From an uncultured Clostridia bacterium (lineage in GTDB: Bacteria; Bacillota; Clostridia; TANB77; CAG-508), in the NCBI GenBank assembly GCA_904419495.1, contig CAJFRV010000012.1, positions 7,133 to 71,132 of the forward strand: a stretch of DNA of 64,000 bases. The letters are read 5' to 3'. A program made the position numbers and the translations under genes. Below are positions 56,830-64,000 of this stretch, piece after piece (the first letter of the stretch is position 1; each line of letters begins with the position of its first letter). The notes under the pieces are model-generated. The model made no database searches. It saw only the letters and a list, made by a program, of their open reading frames with translations, and was not told where the DNA came from.

Positions 56830-59800
56830 TTATCCTTTTATTTTTCTTTTCATTTTTATCATTATATCATCTTTTGTCAATTTGTGAATATATTGATATG
56901 TATTTTCTTTTCTTCTTGGGTCAAACGTACATATTGATTTATATTCACAATATTCACATGGTGTTTTTCCTTCTTTATAATATGGTTTCAAATCAATGTT
57001 TCCATCAAAAATTTCTTTTCCAATTTCTTTTATTGTTTGATAAATATATTTTTGTAATATACTAAACTCTTCTTGTTTTACACCATTTGTCCATTTTTCA
57101 ATTACTTCTCCTGATTTGCTAATTGCTGCTGGAACCATTTTAGAAGTTCCTGTTGTTAGAGAATTATCATTCATTTTAATGATTTTCACATCAGCTACAA
57201 TTAATCCTTTCATTTTGAAGTTTTTTCTAATTAATTCTTCTATTTCTTCATCTGATATTTTTTTATCTGCTTTTATCATTTGCTCTAATAGTGAGAAATA
57301 GAATATTCCTGCAGGAATCAAATCTTCTTCTTTGCATACAGCATCTGCATAAGTTAATAATTGTATTTGCAAACCTGCATACACTTCATTTAAATCTACA
57401 TTTTTGCTTGAAGATTTATAATCAATAATTCTTAAATAATTTCCATCTTCTTCTTTTGCAATATCAATTCTATCAATTTTACCAGTAATTTCAATTCTTT
57501 TTCCATCTTCTAATTCTAATTGGATTGGTTTATATTCTCCTTTTTTATCAAATTCCACTTCTGTTCCTTTAATGGTAAAATCACTATAAATTAATGTTTG
57601 AATAATATATTTTAATGCTTTACTGACAATCTTTTTTAATCTTCTTACTAAGATTTTATATTTTACGGTTGCCTTAAAGATGTGGTTTTTTGATAACTCT
57701 AAATCTTCATCAATGATTTTAGATACAATTTTTTGAATATCTATTTCTTCTAATTCGGCTAAATTTAAGTCATTTCCATGCACATACTTAAAAAATTCGT
57801 CAATAGTTTCATGCATAAATGAACCTGTATTAAAACTTTGAATTTTTAGTTCGTCTTTTGGTTTTACTTTTAACCCATATTGTAAATAATATGAAAATGG
57901 ACATTTTCTATATTGTTCTAATCTAGATACACTTGTATGTAAAGTATTTCCATATAATTTATCCATATTCTCTTTTTTTAATTTTTTAGGTACATTTGTA
58001 TATGTTAACCCTTCCATGTCTTGTTCTAATCTTGTATTCCATTTTGGATTTTGTTTATACCAATCATATACTGCATACCATAAATTTGCTATATCTTCTT
58101 TATTTTTTAATTGATATAGTTTCTCTAGCAATTCTTCATAGGTAATATCCTGATTTACAATTTCATATTTTTTATGAATGACATCACTTTGCTCTTCTAA
58201 TTTTGGAAAAATCTTTTTTATTTTATGAATTAAGATAGATGGTCTTAAAGCTTTTCCATCTCCATCTGATGAAGCATAAGACAAATACATCTCTTGTTCA
58301 GCAGTTGTTAATACTTTATAAATATTAAAGTTTTCTTCATATAAATTTTCTAATGTTCCATTTGCCAACTCCATACCATCGTTTTTTAATCGTTCTCTAT
58401 CTGCATCATTTAAAAATCCCTCGTCTTTATTGACACTTGGAAAAACACCATCATTTAGCCCAATAACAAATACAACATCTACTTTATGGCTTCTTGTTCT
58501 ATCCACATCTCCTAAAGTCACTTGGTCTTGTGTTGCTGGAATTTTACCTAATTCACTATTTTTTAATCCTATTTTTAAAATTTGGCTGTAGGTGTCAATC
58601 GTTACCTTATCTTCTTGAAATACCAAAACAATTTCATCTAACACTTCTAAAATAATGTTATAGCTTTCTACATATTCATTGGCTAAATCAATTAACCCAT
58701 TCTCTTCTAACCATTTTACTTTTTGAGAAATTTTTTCCTCTATATGTTGTTCTTGTAAAAAGGTATAGATTTGTTTTGTAATATTTATTGCTGTCTTTTC
58801 TTTATCTATCTTCTTTCTTAAACTCATTAGTGGTTCTATAATTTGTTTTCTAATCTCATTTAGTCTTTCAATTTCTTGTTTTTTAGACTCATCATCCATT
58901 TCATATTTGAAATCTTCTTTCCATTTATTTCGTTTGATTCCCCATTTGGTACAATAATTTTCTAATCTGAAGATTTCATCATCTTCTATATCCAAAAAGC
59001 CTAATTTAATATAGTTAAACATTGCTTCATTTGTATAATTATTTGTAAAAATTTCAAATATAGAAAGCGCATATTGTACAATAATATTTTGATTCAAGTC
59101 CCTTTTTTCATCTATAAATACAGGTATATCATATTTTGCAAAAATACTTCTTACTAACGAAGAATACATATCTATATTTTTTGTAATGATTGCCATATCT
59201 TTGTATCTCAAGTTTTTTTCTCTTATCATTTTACAAATTGTTTTTGCTACATTTTCAATCTCTGAATATCTATTCTTTGCTAAAAATAGATGTATGTTTT
59301 CCACATTTTTTTCATATTTTGTGGATTTTGTGCTTAATAAATTTTGGCTTAAGGCTTGTAATTCTTGATTTTTTAATCGATATTGTTTTTCTAAATTCAC
59401 AGGTTCTTCTAGTTTAAAATGATTTTCATCAATGATTCTAATTAGCTTCTTTAGTGTTTGTTTATTTGAATAAAATACATCAGTATCTGGATTTGTCTCC
59501 ATTTCTAAATTATCAATACACATGGTAATATTGACTTGTTTTGCATATTTTATAAATTGTTTAATTATCTCATATTCTTGTGCTGTAAATCCAGAAAATT
59601 CATCAATATAAATAATACCATTTTTTATCCAATCCAAATTTTCTATATTTTTTGCTAAATAATCTAATAAATCTGTTTCTTCAATGTAGTTCTGCGAAAT
59701 TTGTTCTTCATAATTTTGATAAATCAATCTGATATCTTCTAATTTTGTTTTTAAATATTTATCTTCTAGATTTTGAATTTCTTTATCTAATATATCTAAT

Positions 59801-60189
59801 GTAATTCCATGTTTCTTTAATTCTGTAATACTTTGAATTCCAATTTCTATGTTCTCATCACTTTTCCCTAAAAATTGAAAATTATTTTGATTTTTAGACA
59901 ATATAGAATAAATTAGCATTGCTTTTCCACATTTTGATAAACTAGTTTTATTTCTTCCCCCAATTTCATTTAATGCTCTATTTGCCATTCTACTAAAAGT
60001 AATTACCTCTGCATTCATAACTGCCTTTTCTTTTAAAAATTCCATTAAATTCTTCTCTGCTGTAAATGAAAATTGTTCTGGAGTAATGTAATATATGTTT
60101 TCTTCTTTTTCTATTAAATTTGCTATTTCTGAAAAACACAAACTACTTTTTCCTGTTCCTGTTTTTCCATAAATAATTCTCAAGCTCAT
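56830..60189 (-). CDS. addB: Helicase-exonuclease AddAB, subunit AddB
   Basis: 1119 aa. N-terminal Walker A IIYGKTGTGKSS. C-terminal RecB-type nuclease with Fe-S cysteines (KCPFSYYLQYG ... CEYCEYKSIC). Confidence 0.9.
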   Translation of the reverse strand: MSLRIIYGKTGTGKSSLCFSEIANLIEKEENIYYITPEQFSFTAEKNLMEFLKEKAVMNAEVITFSRMANRALNEIGGRNKTSLSKCGKAMLIYSILSKNQNNFQFLGKSDENIEIGIQSITELKKHGITLDILDKEIQNLEDKYLKTKLEDIRLIYQNYEEQISQNYIEETDLLDYLAKNIENLDWIKNGIIYIDEFSGFTAQEYEIIKQFIKYAKQVNITMCIDNLEMETNPDTDVFYSNKQTLKKLIRIIDENHFKLEEPVNLEKQYRLKNQELQALSQNLLSTKSTKYEKNVENIHLFLAKNRYSEIENVAKTICKMIREKNLRYKDMAIITKNIDMYSSLVRSIFAKYDIPVFIDEKRDLNQNIIVQYALSIFEIFTNNYTNEAMFNYIKLGFLDIEDDEIFRLENYCTKWGIKRNKWKEDFKYEMDDESKKQEIERLNEIRKQIIEPLMSLRKKIDKEKTAINITKQIYTFLQEQHIEEKISQKVKWLEENGLIDLANEYVESYNIILEVLDEIVLVFQEDKVTIDTYSQILKIGLKNSELGKIPATQDQVTLGDVDRTRSHKVDVVFVIGLNDGVFPSVNKDEGFLNDADRERLKNDGMELANGTLENLYEENFNIYKVLTTAEQEMYLSYASSDGDGKALRPSILIHKIKKIFPKLEEQSDVIHKKYEIVNQDITYEELLEKLYQLKNKEDIANLWYAVYDWYKQNPKWNTRLEQDMEGLTYTNVPKKLKKENMDKLYGNTLHTSVSRLEQYRKCPFSYYLQYGLKVKPKDELKIQSFNTGSFMHETIDEFFKYVHGNDLNLAELEEIDIQKIVSKIIDEDLELSKNHIFKATVKYKILVRRLKKIVSKALKYIIQTLIYSDFTIKGTEVEFDKKGEYKPIQLELEDGKRIEITGKIDRIDIAKEEDGNYLRIIDYKSSSKNVDLNEVYAGLQIQLLTYADAVCKEEDLIPAGIFYFSLLEQMIKADKKISDEEIEELIRKNFKMKGLIVADVKIIKMNDNSLTTGTSKMVPAAISKSGEVIEKWTNGVKQEEFSILQKYIYQTIKEIGKEIFDGNIDLKPYYKEGKTPCEYCEYKSICTFDPRRKENTYQYIHKLTKDDIMIKMKRKIKG

Positions 60190-60205
60190 AAATTTTCTCC
60201 TTTAC

Positions 60206-60364
60206 TGTCCAATTGGGGACGTTTCTTTTTGAGACATTTTTATGTAAAGTAAACTTTAATAAACTGTCTCTTAAGTAAATACTAAAAATTTAATTAATTA
60301 TTTTTATAAACATGAGAACACTTTACATAAAAATGTCTCAAAAAGAAACGTCCCCAATTGGACA
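60206..60364. mobile_element. MITE-like foldback element, family 4, short copy
   Basis: tgtccaattggggacgtttctttttgagacatttttatgtaaagt ... actttacataaaaatgtctcaaaaagaaacgtccccaattggaca. It abuts the ogg stop (60365) and lies 16 nt upstream of the addB start. Confidence 0.85.
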
Positions 60365-61234
60365 CTATGCTTCTCTCCTCCAATAGAATAAATATTGTTG
60401 TGCTAATCCTGCTAAGTTTCCAAATTTTTCTTGTGCTAATGCCTCTATTTGTTTTTTATTTACTTTTGTTTCATCCTTATTTTGAATATATAAATCATTC
60501 ATCACTCTTCTTACCCATACGTCTATTGGAAATACTTCCAGACGTTTTAAATCAGAAAATAGTAATATGCAATCTGCAACTTTTGGTCCTACTCCTGAAA
60601 GTGTCAATAATTTATTTCTTACCTCTATTGTGTTTTGATTTTTTTCTAAATCCTGTAAATTCACTTTTCCTTCTAATATCATTTTTGTCGTTTCATACAT
60701 TCTAATATCTCTAAATCCTAAACCTAATTCTCGATATTCTTTTACTGTAACATCTTTTAGTTCTTCTGGTGTTGGGAATGTATAATATATTTTTCCGTTC
60801 CATTCTATCTTTTTTCCATATGTTTTTGATAATCTTTCAATAATTCCCTTTATTCTTGGTATATTGTTATTAGCAGATATGATAAAAGAAATAATGGTTT
60901 CCCATAGATCTTGATTTAAAATTCTAATTCCTTTACCATATTGAATACTATCTTTCATGTAATTATCAATTTTAGATAAACTTTGTTTTATTTCCTCATA
61001 ATTCCTATCTAAATCAAAGTATTTCTGTATTTTCTCTTCTAAATTTCCATTTTTACATATACCAGAAAATATATAATCTTGTCCTTCTTTTTTTACATTA
61101 ACTACATTTTCTTGCCATACACCTGTATAACTTCCGTCTTCTTGTTCATTCCATCGGAAGCATTGTCCACATTCAAATATATCTCTTAAGTCAAAAGTTT
61201 GTGGTTTTTTTAATATATATTGCTGTTCTTTCAT
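60365..61234 (-). CDS. ogg: 8-oxoguanine DNA glycosylase / AP lyase (clostridial Ogg type, HhH-GPD)
   Basis: 289 aa. HhH-GPD region LTLSGVGPKVADCILLF with the catalytic Lys, and a downstream Asp (FPIDVWV). Confidence 0.8.
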   Translation of the reverse strand: MKEQQYILKKPQTFDLRDIFECGQCFRWNEQEDGSYTGVWQENVVNVKKEGQDYIFSGICKNGNLEEKIQKYFDLDRNYEEIKQSLSKIDNYMKDSIQYGKGIRILNQDLWETIISFIISANNNIPRIKGIIERLSKTYGKKIEWNGKIYYTFPTPEELKDVTVKEYRELGLGFRDIRMYETTKMILEGKVNLQDLEKNQNTIEVRNKLLTLSGVGPKVADCILLFSDLKRLEVFPIDVWVRRVMNDLYIQNKDETKVNKKQIEALAQEKFGNLAGLAQQYLFYWRREA

Positions 61235-61310
61235 TTTCTCACTCCTAATTTTGTTAAATTATATCATAGAACAAATCAGAAAGCCATATAATTATACCAA
61301 TTTTATATTC

Positions 61311-61390
61311 GTAAAATTGTGCAGCAATTTTTCTGTGCAACATCGTTTTTTATTGAATAGGAAAAATTGATTTTTCCTATTTTAAAAAAA
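61311..61390. repeat. Family 2 repeat, copy C (3' module only)
   Basis: gtaaaattgtgcagcaatttttctgtgcaacatcgttttttattgaataggaaaaattgatttttcctatttt aligns with the 3' halves of 5637-5813 and 19228-19402. Confidence 0.8.
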
Positions 61391-61430
61391 TTACTCTACA
61401 CTTTCGTATAAAGTAATTTTATCATTTTAA

Positions 61431-62534
61431 TTAATCTATCATAAATTCTGTTTTGTAATTACTTTTATTTACTTGATTAATAATTGCTCCCTGCATACCA
61501 ATTACTAAATCCTTATTGCCATCTAATGTATTATATTTTAATATTGTATAATCTGAATATAAATATTCTATACTACCTCCATCACTATAATATGCTTTTT
61601 TACAAAATCCATATTTCTCATCTTGTTTTGCTTGTTCTAAGATATCTTGAACTGTAATTGCCTTACAATTTAAAGCCTCTTTTAAAGAATACACCATATC
61701 ACCTTCTATTGTAATAGAAACATCTCCCGCAATTGTATAGACTCCAAAATCTAAATTATCAAATTGGTTATTTTCTGCAATTCTTTTTACCCCCATATCT
61801 TTTCTACCTATATATGTCAATTCAAATTTCTTTTCATAATTTGAACTCTCTAACGTATACTCACAAATAACAGGTATTTCAGTTACTTCTAGTAAATATG
61901 ATTCCATAATAACTTGTACTTTGTTATCTTTTATTCTTCTTTTCATATTCCAGTGTAAACTATCATATCTTCCGGTTTCTTTATCATTTACCATTATTTT
62001 GTAATATCCATATATTTCTTGATATTCTTCTGAAGTTGCGTTTGCACTTGGTATTTGCTTATTCATTGTATTTGTTTCTTCAGACATTGTTTGTTTGTCA
62101 TATTTCCCCTGTACAAATTCTATTTTCATATGTTCTTCTTTTTCATCTTCAATTATAGTTATTTGCAAATTACTTGCATTATGATTACTTGCACTATCTA
62201 TAAATTCATCAATTTTATTTTCATTTTGTACAATTCCATTTTCAATGATAACCTCATCTTGATTTTTATTTTGTTCTTCAATACATTGTACCATTTCTGC
62301 TATTGTTTTACCAAACAGTTCCATATGTATTTCTTCAATAGTATCTGTATCTTCATAATATCTTACTTCAACTGTATATCCTAGTCCTTTATAACATTTA
62401 TCATCAGAATACTTGGCAAAAACAGGCAATTTTCCATTTACAACCTTATAATAGTCTATATATACAATTGTTCCATATCCTAAAATTAATAGAATAATAA
62501 CGATACAAATAGCAATGATTAGTTTCTTTTTCAT
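61431..62534 (-). CDS. Membrane-anchored hypothetical protein
   Basis: 367 aa. One N-terminal TM (LIIAICIVIILLILGYGTIVYI); the rest is predicted extracytoplasmic and has no motif I recognise. It starts 21 nt after the sigma-fusion gene stop. Confidence 0.5.
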   Translation of the reverse strand: MKKKLIIAICIVIILLILGYGTIVYIDYYKVVNGKLPVFAKYSDDKCYKGLGYTVEVRYYEDTDTIEEIHMELFGKTIAEMVQCIEEQNKNQDEVIIENGIVQNENKIDEFIDSASNHNASNLQITIIEDEKEEHMKIEFVQGKYDKQTMSEETNTMNKQIPSANATSEEYQEIYGYYKIMVNDKETGRYDSLHWNMKRRIKDNKVQVIMESYLLEVTEIPVICEYTLESSNYEKKFELTYIGRKDMGVKRIAENNQFDNLDFGVYTIAGDVSITIEGDMVYSLKEALNCKAITVQDILEQAKQDEKYGFCKKAYYSDGGSIEYLYSDYTILKYNTLDGNKDLVIGMQGAIINQVNKSNYKTEFMID

Positions 62535-62555
62535 GATACCACCTTTTCCCTTCTA

Positions 62556-63572
62556 CTATTTAGACAATTTCTTTTTCCTTTTTAGTTGGTATTTTATGAA
62601 AAAAATTATACTTATGATAAAAAATATAATTGAGATACATATCATTCCTATCCCTGTATATAATATTTGATTTTCGTTTGTTTCTTGATCTACAATTGTT
62701 TCTTGCTTGATTTCGTCTTCTGGCAATATTGTATTTGTTGATGTTTCATTATTTGTTTCTTCTACTATATTGGTTGTACTATTTTGTTCTGTTCTATTTT
62801 CTGACTCACCTTTTGTTGTATTTTCTTCTTGTATAATATCTTGTATTTCTTTATTCTGATCTATATCCTGAACTTCTTCATTATTCATATTATCATCTTC
62901 TTGCTGAATTGTATTTTGTATTTCCTCTTTGTTTTCATCAATGGTATCTTCTGTTTGTATCATTTCCTGTTTTTCTTTATACTTTTTTGTATCTATCAAA
63001 ATCATTTTCATACCAATTATAAAAGTGATGACAAACATTGCCAAACTTCCTAAGAATCCTTTTATTGATTTCAAACTTTTATAATATCTCCATTTAATCG
63101 TCCCTATTGGTTCATTTAGTAATTCACTAATTTCTTGAAATGAAAAATCAGATAAAATTTTCAAAGAAACAATTTCCTGTTCCTTTGGATTTAATTTATG
63201 AATTAATTTATTGAATTGTATTATATCTTCTATTTTTTTTATTTCATCATTTTTATTTTCTATTTCATGCATGTTGTCTAATGAAATATTTTTTCTTTTT
63301 TTCTTTAGAAAATTAAAGGTTTCATTCTTCGTAAGAGTATACATCCATGTCATTGCTTTATCAGATGGCAACTTGCTTTTTTCCATCTGTTGTATCTTAG
63401 TAAAAACAATTTGCATAATGTCTTCTGCATCATCTCTATTTTTTACTATAGAAAATGCAATTCCATAAACTTTCTTATGGTATATCTTATATAGCTCTTC
63501 CAATCCATTTACATTATCTTTTTTTATTTCTTTAAATATAGAGTTTATTTCTTCACCATTTATTTTTTCCAT
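62556..63572 (-). CDS. ECF-type sigma-70 family factor fused to a TM segment, an acidic low-complexity region and a second C-terminal TM
   Basis: 338 aa. Region 2 (YHKKVYGIAFSIVKNRDDAEDIMQIVF) and region 4 (FSFQEISELLNEPIGTIKWRYYKSLKSI). Then LGSLAMFVITFIIGMKMILI, a long E/N/Q/T-rich stretch, then GIGMICISIIFFIISIIFFI followed by KYQLKRKKKLSK. Confidence 0.7.
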   Translation of the reverse strand: MEKINGEEINSIFKEIKKDNVNGLEELYKIYHKKVYGIAFSIVKNRDDAEDIMQIVFTKIQQMEKSKLPSDKAMTWMYTLTKNETFNFLKKKRKNISLDNMHEIENKNDEIKKIEDIIQFNKLIHKLNPKEQEIVSLKILSDFSFQEISELLNEPIGTIKWRYYKSLKSIKGFLGSLAMFVITFIIGMKMILIDTKKYKEKQEMIQTEDTIDENKEEIQNTIQQEDDNMNNEEVQDIDQNKEIQDIIQEENTTKGESENRTEQNSTTNIVEETNNETSTNTILPEDEIKQETIVDQETNENQILYTGIGMICISIIFFIISIIFFIKYQLKRKKKLSK

Positions 63573-63781
63573 AATTTTTTCCCTCTTATTTTTATATCAT
63601 ATTACCATGTACTTATTTAATTAGCAAGTTATGATTTTACTTTAGTAAAATTTGTGTGTATTCTGAAAGCAAAACAACGTTCTTAAATAAGAAAAAGTAC
63701 AAAAGTCTATATGAAACTTCTGTACTTTATTAAGTATATTTTTATTTTCTGTTTATCTTGAAATTTTCCTTTGCATTCCGA

Positions 63782-64000
63782 TTATTTTATATCTTTATAT
63801 TTTTTATTTTTTACATATAATGCGATAACACATGCAATCGTTACGATTAATATAACCATTGTTACTATTGAACTTCCTGCCTTTGGTAATGGTTTAGTTG
63901 CTATTGTATTATCTTTATTTGTTGTATTTCCATTACCAACTGTATTTCCATTTGGATCTTCTTGTCCTCCTAAATAATTAAATACATCTAAGTTGACACC
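63782..64000 (-). CDS. C-terminal end of a cell-wall-anchored surface protein (LPKAG sorting signal); 5' part outside window
   Basis: Own translation of the minus strand: ...GNGNTTNKDNTIATKPLPKAGSSIVTMVILIVTIACVIALYVKNKKYKDIK*. This is an LPxxG motif, a hydrophobic helix and a basic tail, with the stop at 63784-63782. Confidence 0.65.
   Translation of the reverse strand, partial: GVNLDVFNYLGGQEDPNGNTVGNGNTTNKDNTIATKPLPKAGSSIVTMVILIVTIACVIALYVKNKKYKDIK

Overview
AT-rich, low-GC Firmicutes-type (Clostridia-like) chromosomal segment. It is gene dense, and most genes are on the minus strand. Most of the window is housekeeping: a TcdA-like E1 enzyme, a NifS-type cysteine desulfurase, a patatin-like lipase, a WG-repeat protein, a CNNM/CorC transporter, an OmpR/histidine-kinase pair, an MscS channel, the dnaG-rpoD pair, a RelQ-type alarmone synthetase, adhE, pflB-pflA, trmL, a TrmH-family methyltransferase, a DUF362 Fe-S protein, mfd, topB, leuS, a GltD/NfnB-like oxidoreductase, a family-4 UDG, pgeF, an MFS transporter, addB and ogg. 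I found no rRNA, tRNA, CRISPR array, transposase, integrase or reverse transcriptase, and no known multi-gene defence system. The accessory parts are: a sortase plus thioester-type adhesin pair; a Replic_Relax-like gene; a nonsense-interrupted AAA ATPase; a small island at 35.4-38.4 kb (pilin-like protein, XRE regulator, gene fragments, orphan MazF-like toxin, two sRNA-like units); a G+C-rich foreign gene plus an SDR gene bracketed by a duplicated topB 3' end; a 10-aa-repeat protein opposite an HExxH protein; and a sigma factor fused to transmembrane segments. The most unusual feature is non-coding. Many of the larger intergenic gaps hold a long foldback (hairpin) element. There are at least six sequence families, and the arms of an element are complementary within a copy yet differ between copies by mirrored (compensatory) changes. 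Four families share a TGGGGAC heptamer, and no mobilising enzyme is encoded in the window. I consider this foldback-element superfamily the best candidate for undescribed biology here, followed by the orphan MazF-like gene with its two paralogous sRNA-like units. Several genes look damaged: leuS (frameshift and probable internal deletion), the AAA ATPase (in-frame TGA) and a MutS-domain-I-like ORF (frameshift). All calls rest on reading the sequence and recalling family motifs; no searches were run.
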